A stretch of DNA of 64,000 nucleotides from Anaeromyxobacter sp. (GTDB taxonomy: Bacteria > Myxococcota > Myxococcia > Myxococcales > Anaeromyxobacteraceae). The stretch spans positions 64,001 through 128,000 of the forward strand of contig JASGJN010000023.1 of the NCBI GenBank assembly GCA_049840735.1. Reading direction: 5' to 3'. How positions within the stretch are numbered: the first letter of the stretch is position 1; each line of letters begins with the position of its first letter. The position numbers and the translations under genes were made by a program. The notes beneath the pieces were generated by a model. It was not told the DNA's origin. It made no database searches and saw only the letters and a program-made list of their open reading frames with translations. Positions 1 through 10,515 of the stretch are shown piece after piece.

Positions 1-932
1 GTCCAGCTGGACGGGACCACGCCGAAGAAGAGGCGGCCCACCGCGAAGAGCAGCGCCTCCACGCCGGCGATGGTGAGGAAGCAGGCCAGCGCCTTGCCCA
101 GCAGCACGTGGACCCGCCCGATGGGCGCGGTCTGGAGCCGGAGCAGCGTGCCGCGGGTGCGCTCGGTGACCAGCGAGAGCGCGAAGGTGAGGGCGGAGCC
201 GATCACGCCCCAGATGACGCCCTGCGGGAACGTCAGGTCGAAGGCGCTGCGCGGCGCCTCCCCCTGCGCCTGCACGGCGCGGCGGGTGATGGAGACCGGC
301 TTCCAGCCGCCGCCCTTCCCCTGCGGCTTCGCCGAGGGGCGCTCCAGGTAGGTCTTCACGTCCTCCAGGAACGCGCGGTTGGCGTCGCGCTCCTCGCCGG
401 GCGGCGCCTGGTCGAGGTCGGAGAGCGCCTGGTCCACCAGCTTCCGCGACTGGTCGCGGTCGCCCAGGGCGTCCTGCATGCCCTGCATGGCGGCGCCGGT
501 CAGGATGCCCTCCAGCATGGCCGCCTCGGCGGTCCGGCTGGGATCCACCGCCAGCTCGAGCTGGCGCGGCGCGCCGTAGAAGAGCCGCGCGTCGGCCGCG
601 CCGTAGCCGGCCGGGATGATCACCGCGGCGGTCCGCTTGCCGGCCCGGACCAGCGCCTCGGCCTCCGCGCGCGGGGCGGCGCTGAGCTCCAGATCGGCGG
701 AGGCGCGCAGCCGCTCCACCAGCCGGGCGGCGCCCGGCGAGCCGTCCTCGTCCACCACCACCACCGGGATGTGGCCCTTCTCGCCGGGGCCGCCGAACAG
801 CATCCCGAAGAAGAGCGCCACCAGCACCGGCCAGCCCAGGGCGAAGAACAGGGCGCCGCGGTTGCGCGAGAGCAGGCGCAGGTCCTTGCGCGCCAGGGCC
901 CAGACGGCCCGCGGGGTCGAGGGGGTGGCCAT
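1..932 (-). CDS. ABC-2 type transporter permease (3' end outside window)
   Basis: Manual translation from ATG at 932: MATPSTPRAVWALARKDLRLLSRNRGALFFALGWPVLVALFFGMLFGG...; start overlaps the stop of the upstream ABC ATPase (TGATG). Confidence 0.85.
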   Translation of the reverse strand, partial: MATPSTPRAVWALARKDLRLLSRNRGALFFALGWPVLVALFFGMLFGGPGEKGHIPVVVVDEDGSPGAARLVERLRASADLELSAAPRAEAEALVRAGKRTAAVIIPAGYGAADARLFYGAPRQLELAVDPSRTAEAAMLEGILTGAAMQGMQDALGDRDQSRKLVDQALSDLDQAPPGEERDANRAFLEDVKTYLERPSAKPQGKGGGWKPVSITRRAVQAQGEAPRSAFDLTFPQGVIWGVIGSALTFALSLVTERTRGTLLRLQTAPIGRVHVLLGKALACFLTIAGVEALLFAVGRLFFGVVPSSW

Positions 933-1777
933 CAGTCCCGGAGCCTCCGTCCGGTGAGGTGCAGGAAGACGCGCTCGAGGTCTGCGCGCTCCACGTGGAA
1001 GTCCTCCACCGGCCCCTGCCGCGCCAGGGTGGCCAGCGCCGCGACCGGATTGGCCGTGGTGACCCGCTGCTCGGCGCCGCCCACCAGCGCCACCAGCGTG
1101 GGGTCGCCGCCGTGCGCGCGGATCAGCTCGGGCACCGTGCCGAGCGCCAGCACGCGCCCGTGGTCCACCACCGCTACGCGGTCGCAGATGCGCGCCGCCT
1201 CCTCCATGTAGTGCGTGGTGTAGACCACCGTCCGGCCGGCGGCGCGCAGCGCCTGGATGCGCTCCAGGATGGCGTTGCGCGACTGCGGATTGACGCCGAC
1301 GGTGGGCTCGTCGAGCAGCACCAGCTCCGGGTCGTGCACCAGCGCGGCGGCCAGGTTGAGCCGGCGCTTCATGCCGCCGGAGAGGACCGCCACCGGATCG
1401 CGGCGCCGGTCCTCCAGCTGCGCGAAGTCGAGCGCCCAGGCCACGCGCTCGCGCAGCGCGGCCCCGGTGAGCCCCTGCACCTCGGCGAAGAAGCGCAGGT
1501 TCTCCTCCACGCCCAGCGTCTCGTAGAGCGCCAGCGCCTGCGGCGCCACGCCGAGCCGGGCGCGCACGGCCGGGTCGCGCGGCGAGCCCAGCCCGTCGAA
1601 GGTGACCTGGCCCTCGTCCGGCTCGAGCAGCCCGACCGCGAGGTGGACGGTGGTGGACTTGCCGGCGCCGTTGGGGCCCAGCAGGCCGAGGATCTCGCCG
1701 CGCCGCACCTCGAGCGAGAGGCCGTCCACGGCCACCCGCTCGCCGAACCGCTTGCGGACGCTGGTCAGGGTGAGCAC
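932..1777 (-). CDS. ABC transporter ATP-binding protein
   Basis: Walker A GPNGAGKST, signature LSGGMKRR, Walker B LLDEPT, H-loop TTHY; likely GTG start at 1777 rather than the ORF-track start at 1981. Confidence 0.95.
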   Translation of the reverse strand: MLTLTSVRKRFGERVAVDGLSLEVRRGEILGLLGPNGAGKSTTVHLAVGLLEPDEGQVTFDGLGSPRDPAVRARLGVAPQALALYETLGVEENLRFFAEVQGLTGAALRERVAWALDFAQLEDRRRDPVAVLSGGMKRRLNLAAALVHDPELVLLDEPTVGVNPQSRNAILERIQALRAAGRTVVYTTHYMEEAARICDRVAVVDHGRVLALGTVPELIRAHGGDPTLVALVGGAEQRVTTANPVAALATLARQGPVEDFHVERADLERVFLHLTGRRLRD

Positions 1778-1947
1778 CGGCGCATGGTAGCGGCGCGGGT
1801 GCGGAGCGCGAAGCGCGCTGTCGCCGCGGTGGCGGGTCAGGCGCCCGTGGGTCGGTCCGCCCCCGGGTGATGCGGCGCGCGCCCCGCATGGAGCCCGGAG
1901 GGGAGCGCAATCGCCCGGAATCGCGGAGGGCCCGGCCGGGTGCCGCG

Positions 1948-1963
1948 GGGAACGCGGCTTGCA
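1948..1963 (+). promoter_or_regulatory. Putative sigma54 (-24/-12) promoter
   Basis: GGGAACGCGGCTTGCA: GG(1949-50)-N10-GC(1961-62) with TTGC at -12; about 60 bp upstream of the small ORF at 2024. Confidence 0.5.
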
Positions 1964-2023
1964 GCGAATGGGGGTATCCACGCAGCGGGCAGGTCAGCGC
2001 AGGCAACCAGCGGAGGGCGGGCC

Positions 2024-2113
2024 ATGGGCAACGAGCGCGGAGCGGGCTGGCTCTCGGCCGACTCGGTCACCATCGGCGTGGCGCTGCTGATCCTGATCGC
2101 GATCGTGATCTGA
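2024..2113 (+). CDS. Small 29-aa single-pass membrane protein (not in ORF track)
   Basis: MGNERGAGWLSADSVTIGVALLILIAIVI*; GGAGG Shine-Dalgarno upstream; GC3-rich codons; hydrophobic C-terminal helix. Confidence 0.6.
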   Translation: MGNERGAGWLSADSVTIGVALLILIAIVI

Positions 2114-2125
2114 GCGATCGCCTCC

Positions 2126-2287
2126 TGGGCTTCGACTGCGCGAGCCCTGCGGGCTCGCTACGCTCAGCCCGAACGGATCCGTGCCGGTTCGCTGGAGCGG
2201 ATTCCGGGTCCGTGTGCCGGGGCGGACAGCGGCCCGTTCGCCCTGAGCGTAGCCGCGGCAGCGCCGCGGCGGAGTCGAAGGGCAGGG
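2126..2287. repeat. REP doublet (REPIN-like), two inverted ~47-bp units
   Basis: CTTCGACTGCG-hairpin-CTACGCTCAGCCCGAACGG (2130-2176) and inverted copy (2234-2280). Confidence 0.85.
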
Positions 2288-2289
2288 AT

Positions 2290-3169
2290 TCGACTTCCCC
2301 CAGAACGACCCTGCGCCGTGGGTGTCCTTGCGCAGGTCCATGCCGGGGTCGAGCTTCACGAACGAGCACATCTCGTTGAGCCGCGAGTAGATGCGGTCGC
2401 CCACGCGCTGGGCCAGCGTCATCGACTCGGCCTCGCGCTGGAACTCGGGCGAGCGCGTGTTCACCGAACGTCCAGGCTGCTCGGGGCGGACGGTGGGCTC
2501 GAGGAAGTAGTTGGTGGCGAAGAGCGTGGCCAGCCCGGAGTTGAAGCGCCGGCTGATCAGCTCGTCGAGCATGGAGCGCTCCCACTCGGTGCCGCGCTCC
2601 TTGCCCAGCTCGTCGATGGCCAGCACCGGGACCGACAAGAGCGGCCGCAGGATGTCCATGTGGCTGCGGTTGGCGTCGAAGCCGGCCTTGATCTCCGAGA
2701 GCAGCAGCATGAACTCGACGTACCGGCCGGCCACGCCCTTCTCCAGGGCCAGCCAGCGGAGCGAGGCCACCAGCAGGTGGGTCTTGCCGGCGCCGGGCTT
2801 GCCGTAGAGCAGGAAGCCCTTGGTGGGCGCGTCCTTGCGGAACTTCCGGGCGAAGTCCTCGGCCACCATCTTGGCGCGGGTGTGGTCGGGCGACCAGCCC
2901 TTGAAGGTCTCGAAGGAGGCGCGGGCCACCGCGGCCGGGATGCCGATCTGGTTGAAGACGGCGATGCGCTCGTCGAGGTGCCGGCAGGAGCAGACCTGCG
3001 CCACCATGGCGCCGCCGGACGGGACCAGCGTGTAGCCGGTCTCGCCGCAGCGCGGGCAGGCGGCCTGACAGGCGCAGCGCCGGGCGCGGGCGGTCGCGCC
3101 GAGCACCTGCTCGACGGCGTAGCCGCTGCCGCCGCACTCGGCGCAGGCGCTGTCGGGGGTCGGGCTCAT
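2290..3169 (-). CDS. DnaC/DnaI (IstB-like) AAA+ ATPase with N-terminal Cys-rich Zn-binding region
   Basis: CAECGGSG..CACQAACPRCGETG..CSC; Walker A GKPGAGKT; Walker B LAIDELG; RIYSRL motif. True end probably near 2290 (..SFWGK); the called ORF runs on through the REP to 1994. Confidence 0.85.
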
Positions 3170-3182
3170 GAGGCGCGGGAGT

Positions 3183-3851
3183 CTACACCGAACCGCGCAG
3201 GCAGGTCAGGCCGGCCCGGCGGGCCAGGTCGGACAGGTGGGCCCGCAGGGCCTCCCGGTGGGCGCGCCTGCTCTCCCCGCGCCGGCGCGCGCCGGTCAGG
3301 GCGCGAAGCTGCGGACCCAGCGCCGCGCGCTCGGCCCGCGGCAGCGCGCCGACCCAGCCCGCCAGGAGCCGCGCGTCGGCGGCGGCCAGCGCGCGCTCCA
3401 GCTGCTCGAGCGGCGAGCCGGGCAGCGCGGTGGCGCCCTCCAGCACCCGCTGCGCGGCCACGTAGCTGCCCGCCAGCGCCTCCGGCGCGGTCTGCGCGGC
3501 CCCGGCCAGCAGCCGCAGCGCGTGCCCCAGCCGCTCGCGGGCCGCGCCCGCCTCGCCCGGCGGCGCCGGCGACTCGCCCACGCGCGCGCTGCGGTAGGCG
3601 CGCCACTCGTCCTCGACCGCCAGCCGCACCGCGCGCAGCGACCGCGGCGGTCCGCGCCGCGCCGCGGCCAGCTCCTCCGCGCCGCGCTTCATGCCGCGGC
3701 ACACCACCGCCACCGGCAGGCCGCGCCGCTCCCACCCGGCCACCAGCTCCTGGTCGAGCGGCGAGAGCAGGAGCCCCGTCCCGCGCAGCGCCAGGAAGTA
3801 CTCGGCCACCACCGCCTGGTAGTGGACGCTGTCGTGGGGGAGGTCGGACAC
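3183..3851 (-). CDS. Hypothetical protein with DnaD/DnaB_2-like N-terminal motif
   Basis: 222-aa ORF with good codon bias; F..RG..LLSPLD.ELV..W...GLP..VV.RGM resembles the DnaD domain; directly upstream of the DnaC-like ATPase. Confidence 0.7.
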   Translation of the reverse strand: MSDLPHDSVHYQAVVAEYFLALRGTGLLLSPLDQELVAGWERRGLPVAVVCRGMKRGAEELAAARRGPPRSLRAVRLAVEDEWRAYRSARVGESPAPPGEAGAARERLGHALRLLAGAAQTAPEALAGSYVAAQRVLEGATALPGSPLEQLERALAAADARLLAGWVGALPRAERAALGPQLRALTGARRRGESRRAHREALRAHLSDLARRAGLTCLRGSV

Positions 3852-3921
3852 GGGCGAGACTGTAGCGCGGGGGTCTGATCGGGCCTCAGGCTTCAGGCCT
3901 CAGGAGAGGCGGCCCCGCCGA

Positions 3922-4980
3922 TCACGGCGCGCTGGCCCGCAGGCTCTCCAGCACCTCGCCGGCCGTCTGCGGGCGGCGGGCCGGGTCCTTCTCCAGCAGC
4001 CGCGCCGTCAGCACCGCCAGCCCCGGGTCCACGCCCGGGTTGACCAGCGCCAGCGGAGGTGGGCGCACGTGCAGGATCTCGCGCCAGAGCGCCACCGGAT
4101 CGCGCGCGACGAAGGGCGGCGTGCCGGAGAGCAGCTCGTAGAGGATCACGCCCAGGCTGTAGAGGTCGCTGCGCCCGTCCACCGGGTGGCCCTGCGCCTG
4201 CTCCGGCGACATGTAGCGGTAGGTGCCGACGATGCGGCCGGTCTGGGTGAGCACCTCGTCCGGCGCGTCGCCCTCCGAGGCCTTCACCAGGCCGAAGTCC
4301 ATGATGCGCGCCCGGCGCAGGTCGTCGACCATGATGTTGGACGGCTTCAGATCGCGGTGCACCAGCCCGCGGCCGTGCAGGTAGCCGAGCGCGTCCACCA
4401 CCTGCGACAGCGCGGTGCGCAGCCTCGCGATGCGCGCCGGGCGGTTGAGCGCCTCCAGCGCCTCCGCGGCCAGGTGCAGCGGCTCGGCCGGCCCGGCGTC
4501 GGGGTCGTCCCCGGTCCCGGGCGCGGCGGCGAAGCGGACCTCCTCGGTCTCCGGCTCGTCCATCATGGCGGCGAGCGCGCGGATGGCCTCCGGCCCGGGC
4601 TCGCCGGTGCTGCCGGAGAGGTCCGGGCCGGTGGGCGCCTCGTCGGGCGGGAGCGCCACCGGGGCCGTCTCGTCCAGCGCCGGGGAGAGATAGGCGCGCA
4701 GGTCCAGCCCCTCCACCAGCTCCATGGCCAGGTAGGAGTAGCCCTCGGCCACGCCCGCCTCCAGCACGTGGACCACGTAAGGGTGGTCGAGCGTCCGCAG
4801 CACCTCGTACTCGCGCGCCAGCCGCCGGGCCGCGGTCGCTTCCATGGCGGGGGCGGGCCCCAGCACCTTCACGGCCGCCAGCGCGCCGGTCACCTGGTGG
4901 CGCGCGCGGTAGACGGTCCCGATCCCCCCGCGACCGATGACGGAGAGGATGGTGAAGGGACCGACGCGCTGAGGAGGCAC
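3922..4980 (-). CDS. Hanks-type Ser/Thr protein kinase
   Basis: GRGGIGTV, AVK, HRDLKPSN, DFG, GTYRYMSPEQ, DLYSLG. Confidence 0.95.
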   Translation of the reverse strand: MPPQRVGPFTILSVIGRGGIGTVYRARHQVTGALAAVKVLGPAPAMEATAARRLAREYEVLRTLDHPYVVHVLEAGVAEGYSYLAMELVEGLDLRAYLSPALDETAPVALPPDEAPTGPDLSGSTGEPGPEAIRALAAMMDEPETEEVRFAAAPGTGDDPDAGPAEPLHLAAEALEALNRPARIARLRTALSQVVDALGYLHGRGLVHRDLKPSNIMVDDLRRARIMDFGLVKASEGDAPDEVLTQTGRIVGTYRYMSPEQAQGHPVDGRSDLYSLGVILYELLSGTPPFVARDPVALWREILHVRPPPLALVNPGVDPGLAVLTARLLEKDPARRPQTAGEVLESLRASAP

Positions 4981-5115
4981 GGGAAACGAGGATACGGGGC
5001 CCGGCGTGAGGGGTCAAACCTGCGAACCGCGTCCGCTTTTGCCTCGGCCGCCCCGCTCGCGGGTTCGCCCCGATCGGGCGCTCCGCCGGGCGCCGGCGTG
5101 CTATAAGCCCGCGCG

Positions 5116-5871
5116 ATGGCAGGCCCAGGGAACCCGCACGAAGACCTCGAGGCGCGCGTCAAGTCGCGCCCGCTGCCGAGGCACGTGGCCATCATCATGG
5201 ACGGCAACGGCCGCTGGGCCGAGCTGCGCGGCCGGACCCGCGTCGAGGGGCACCGCGAGGGCTCCGAGTCGGTGCGGGCGGTCACGCGCACCGCCCGCCG
5301 CGTGGGGCTCAAGGCGCTCACCCTGTACGCGTTCAGCGCCGAGAACTGGGGCCGCCCCAGCCTCGAGGTGAAGGCGCTGATGGACCTGCTCTCCGAGTAC
5401 CTCGACTCGGAGCGGCAGGAGATGATGGAGAACGGCATCCGGCTCAACGCCATCGGCGAGCTGGACCGGCTGCCGCGCGGCGTGGCCGACCGGCTGGCGC
5501 GCGGGCGCGCCGAGACGGCGCGCAACGGCGAGATGGTGCTCACCCTGGCGCTCTCCTACGGCGGGCGGCAGGAGCTGGTGGCGGCGGCCCGGGCCGCAGC
5601 CGCGGCGCGGGGGCCGGCGCTGGACGCGGGGGACCTCGAGGCCAGGCTCTGGACGGCCGGGCTGCCCGAGCTGGACCTGCTGATCCGCACCAGCGGCGAG
5701 CGGCGCATCTCCAACTTCCTGCTCTGGCAGGCCGCGTACGCCGAGCTGCACTTCTCCGACGTGCTGTGGCCCGACTTCCGCGACCGGGAGCTGCTGCTCG
5801 CCCTGGAGGACTTCCAGGGGCGGCAGCGCCGCTTCGGCCTCACCGGCGCGCAGGTCACCGGGCCGCGCTGA
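5116..5871 (+). CDS. uppS: Undecaprenyl diphosphate synthase (isoprenyl transferase)
   Basis: HVAIIMDGNGRWA, YAFSAENW, RTSGERRISNFLLWQ. Confidence 0.97.
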   Translation: MAGPGNPHEDLEARVKSRPLPRHVAIIMDGNGRWAELRGRTRVEGHREGSESVRAVTRTARRVGLKALTLYAFSAENWGRPSLEVKALMDLLSEYLDSERQEMMENGIRLNAIGELDRLPRGVADRLARGRAETARNGEMVLTLALSYGGRQELVAAARAAAAARGPALDAGDLEARLWTAGLPELDLLIRTSGERRISNFLLWQAAYAELHFSDVLWPDFRDRELLLALEDFQGRQRRFGLTGAQVTGPR

Positions 5872-5880
5872 GAGGGACCT

Positions 5881-6718
5881 TTGGGCGCACTCGACCCCAA
5901 GAACCGCAGCAACCTGGCGCTCCGCGTCGTCTCCGGCCTGGTGCTCTTCCCGCTGGCCGTCTGGCTGACGATTCGAGGGCGGGCTGCCCTTCGCCATTCT
6001 GGCCGGCGTGGCCGGCGCCATCGCCGCCAGCGAGCTCATCCTCATGTTCAGCGCGCCCGGGCCGGGCGAGGTGCTGGGCGTCGGGGTGGCCGGGGCCATC
6101 CCGCTGGTGGCGGCCTTCGCCGAGCGCGGCGTGCTCCTGCCGGGCTGGGCGCCGCTGGCGCTGGCCTGCGCCACGGTGGTGCTGCTGGGGGTGGTGCTCT
6201 TCCGCGACGCGCCGCTGGAGCAGGCGCCGCGCTCCATCGCCGGCGTGTCGCTGGCGTGGCTCTACTGCGGCCTCCTGCTGGCCACGCTGGTGGGGCTGCG
6301 CTCCTACGGCGTGGGCTGGGTGATCCTGGCCTTCGTGGCCACCTGGGCCAACGACACCTTCGCCTACTTCGCCGGCCACGCCTTCGGCCGCCACAAGCTG
6401 TTCGAGCGCATCTCGCCCAAGAAGACCTGGGAGGGCTTCGCGGGCGGCGCGGCCGGCTCGGTGGTGGGCGCGCTGGTGACGCGGCTGCTCTTCCCGGAGC
6501 TGGCGGTCATCTCGGTGCCGGCGGCGGTGGTGATCGGCGCCGGCGCGGCGGTGCTCGGCCCCATGGGCGACCTGGCCGAGTCGATGGTGAAGCGCGCGGC
6601 GGGCGTGAAGGACTCCGGCAAGATCATCCCCGGCCACGGCGGCCTGCTGGACCGGATCGACGCGCTGCTCTTCGTCTCGCCCTGGGTCTACCTCTGCGCT
6701 GCCCACCTGGCCCGCTGA
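5881..6718 (+). CDS. cdsA: Phosphatidate cytidylyltransferase (+1 frameshift near 5972, probably a sequencing error)
   Basis: DTFAYFAG..GRHKL..RISPKKTWEG; KDSGKIIPGHGGLLDRIDA; N-terminus in the 5881 frame, remainder in the 6008 frame; sits between uppS and dxr. Confidence 0.92.
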
Positions 6719-6761
6719 CCCGGGGCGGCGCCGCGGGCCCGCCCGTGCTAGGAATCCACCC

Positions 6762-7934
<1,173 letters not shown>

Positions 7935-7943
7935 GTCAAGCGG

Positions 7944-9617
7944 ATGCCGCCCGCGCTCGTCCAAGGGGTCGCCATCATCGTCCTGCTGGGCGGGCTCATC
8001 TTCGTCCACGAGCTGGGCCACTTCCTGGCCGCCAAGCTCATGGGCGTGAAGGTGCTCCGCTTCTCCATCGGCTTCGGCTCGCGGCTCTTCGGCTGGAAGC
8101 GCGGGGAGACCGAGTACTGGCTCTCGGTGCTGCCGCTGGGCGGCTACGTGAAGATGCTGGGCCAGGACGACCCGCACGCCGAGATCGCGCCGGAGGACCG
8201 CGGGCGCAGCTTCTGGGAGCAGCGCCCCTGGCGGCGGCTGGTGATCCTGCTGGCGGGGCCGGGCATGAACCTGCTCCTGCCCATCGCGCTGCTCACCGCC
8301 ATCTACTACGCGCAGAACGGGGAGCCGACGGAGGGGGCCACCATCGGCACGGTCCAGTCCGGCTCGCCGGCCGAGCAGGCGGGCCTCTTGCCGGGCGATC
8401 GGATCGTCTCCATCACGGCGCCGGACGGCACGGTGCGCGAGGTCCGCGAGTTCGACCACCTGTACAAGGTGGTCGGGCCCTGGCCGGCGCAGCAGCTGGT
8501 CTTCCAGATCGATCGCCCGGGGAAGGCGCTCCTCTCGATCCCGGTCACGCCGCGGACCGTGGAGCAGGAGGGGTTCCTCGAGAAGATCACGCGCGGCGTG
8601 GTCGGCATCACGCCCTACTACCCGGCCGCGCGCGTCGCGCCGGGGACGCCCGGCGCCGCGGGGCCGCTGCGCCCGTTCGACCTGGTGGTCGCCGCCGGCG
8701 GGCGGCCGGTGAAGAACGGCGTCGAGCTGGAGCGGCGGGTGGCCGAGGCGGCCTGCGCCCCGCTGGATCTCGAGGTGGTGCGCGACGCCGCCGTGTCGCT
8801 GCCCGGCGCGGCGGTGCGCTCGCTGGAGCGGGTGGCCCTGCCGGCGGTGCCCACCTGCGCCGGCGGCCGGCCCACCTTCCTGCTCACCGATCCCTACCTG
8901 CGGGCCTTCGTGGGCGGGGTCACGCCAGGCTCGTCGGCCGATCGGGCCGGGCTGCACCGCGGCGATCTCATCACGGCCGTGAACGGCAAGCCGGTCCGGA
9001 GCTGGTTCGATCTCCTGGCCCTGCAGCTGAACATCGGCGAGACGGCGACGCTGGCGCTGGGCGACGGACGGACGGTCCAGCTGGTCGTGCAGACCATGAC
9101 CGTGGTGGACGAGCTCTCGCTCCGGGAGGTCGCCCAGCCGGACACCGGCTTCTGGGTGGATCCGAGCTTCGACGTGAAGCCGCGCAGCCTGCGCGCCGCC
9201 GAGCTGCCGCTGATGGAGCCCCTGTCCGAGGCCGTGGTCGACGCCTGGAACAAGCTGGTGCAGCTGACCGGGATCACCTTCCGGTCCATCGTCGGGCTCT
9301 TCACGCGCGAGGTCAGCACCAAGCACCTCGGCAGCGTCCTCTCGCTTGCGAGCATGGCGGCGCAGGCGGCGGAGCAGGGCCTCTCGGAGTTCCTGGGGAC
9401 CATGGCCATCATCAGCATCAACCTGGGGCTCATGAACCTGCTGCCGGTCCCCGGCCTCGACGGCGGCAACATCGCCCAGTCGCTGTTCGAGTCCATCACC
9501 CGCCGGCCGCTCTCGCCGCGGGCCCGCAGCTACGCCCAGGTGGTCGGCTTCGTCCTGGTGGTCGCGCTGATGATCCTGGCCCTCAGCAACGACGTCATGC
9601 GCAAGCTGGGCCGCTAG
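7944..9617 (+). CDS. rseP: RIP metalloprotease RseP (site-2 protease, PDZ domains)
   Basis: HELGH, PLGGYV, NLLPVPGLDGG; several PDZ-like segments; follows dxr. Confidence 0.93.
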   Translation: MPPALVQGVAIIVLLGGLIFVHELGHFLAAKLMGVKVLRFSIGFGSRLFGWKRGETEYWLSVLPLGGYVKMLGQDDPHAEIAPEDRGRSFWEQRPWRRLVILLAGPGMNLLLPIALLTAIYYAQNGEPTEGATIGTVQSGSPAEQAGLLPGDRIVSITAPDGTVREVREFDHLYKVVGPWPAQQLVFQIDRPGKALLSIPVTPRTVEQEGFLEKITRGVVGITPYYPAARVAPGTPGAAGPLRPFDLVVAAGGRPVKNGVELERRVAEAACAPLDLEVVRDAAVSLPGAAVRSLERVALPAVPTCAGGRPTFLLTDPYLRAFVGGVTPGSSADRAGLHRGDLITAVNGKPVRSWFDLLALQLNIGETATLALGDGRTVQLVVQTMTVVDELSLREVAQPDTGFWVDPSFDVKPRSLRAAELPLMEPLSEAVVDAWNKLVQLTGITFRSIVGLFTREVSTKHLGSVLSLASMAAQAAEQGLSEFLGTMAIISINLGLMNLLPVPGLDGGNIAQSLFESITRRPLSPRARSYAQVVGFVLVVALMILALSNDVMRKLGR

Positions 9618-9633
9618 CGCGCCCGAGGTCTCC

Positions 9634-10398
9634 GTGCTCGTCGCCGCCCTCGACACCGCCACCCTGACCCTCTCCTGCGCGCTGGTCGACCTCGCGCCGG
9701 GGCGCGCGCCGCAGGTGCGCTGCGAGCGGACCGAGCGCGCCGGCGCCAAGGTCACGCCGGGCGCGCCGCCGGCCGGCCACGGCGGGCGGCTCCCCGGGGC
9801 GCTCTCCGACCTGCTCGCCGCCGAGGGGCTGAAGCTCTCCGACGTCGAGGGCTACGCCATCGGCATCGGCCCGGGCTCCTTCACCGGGCTGCGCATCGGG
9901 CTGGCCACGTGGAAGGGGCTGGCCTACGCCGGCAAGCGCCCCATCGCCGGCGCCTCCAGCCTGGCCGCCATGGCGCTGGCCGCGGTCCCAGCCGCGCCGG
10001 CCGGCGCGCTGCTGGTGCCGCTGCTCGACGCGCGCAAGGGCGAGGTCTACGCCGGCTTCTACCGCGTCGAGGGCGAGGCGGTGGTCCCGGTCGCGCCGGA
10101 GGCGGCGCTCCCGCCGGCGGCGCTGGCCGACCACCTGGCGCCGCTCTCCGGCCAGGCGCTGGCCTTCGGCGAGGGGTTCGAGGTCTACCAGGCGGCGCTG
10201 GCCGGCGTCTCGCGGCTCGCCACGCCGGTGGAGGTCCCGGGCGCGGCCGCGGTGGCGGCGCTGGCCGCGGGCCGCCTGCTGGGCGCGGCCTACGATGCCC
10301 AGGCCGTCTTCGCGCTCGAGCCGCACTACGTCCGCAAGAGCGAGGCCGAGGTGAAGTTCCCGCACGGCCTGGGGCCGGGGGCGGATCCGAAGCCCTGA
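9634..10398 (+). CDS. tsaB: tRNA t6A biosynthesis protein TsaB
   Basis: ALDTAT, GPGSFTGLRIG, DARKGEVY, LEPHYVRKSEAE. Confidence 0.95.
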   Translation: MLVAALDTATLTLSCALVDLAPGRAPQVRCERTERAGAKVTPGAPPAGHGGRLPGALSDLLAAEGLKLSDVEGYAIGIGPGSFTGLRIGLATWKGLAYAGKRPIAGASSLAAMALAAVPAAPAGALLVPLLDARKGEVYAGFYRVEGEAVVPVAPEAALPPAALADHLAPLSGQALAFGEGFEVYQAALAGVSRLATPVEVPGAAAVAALAAGRLLGAAYDAQAVFALEPHYVRKSEAEVKFPHGLGPGADPKP

Positions 10399-10423
10399 CG
10401 AGGCGCCGACGCCCAACCGGTTT

Positions 10424-10473
10424 CCGTTCGCCCTGAGCGTAGCGCCCGCGTAGCGGGCGCGGAGTCGAAGGGC
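10424..10473. repeat. Single REP unit
   Basis: CCGTTCGCCCTGAGCGTAGCGCCCGCGTAGCGGGCGCGGAGTCGAAGGGC. Confidence 0.85.
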
Positions 10474-10515
10474 AGGCGGCCTCGAGGGCGGAACGGCGCA
10501 GCACGGAGGTCTCGC

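Noticed and set aside
1994..2290. C-terminal extension of the DnaC-like ATPase
   Set aside because: It translates REP DNA and the antisense of the small ORF; the stop was probably lost through a 1-nt error near 2290
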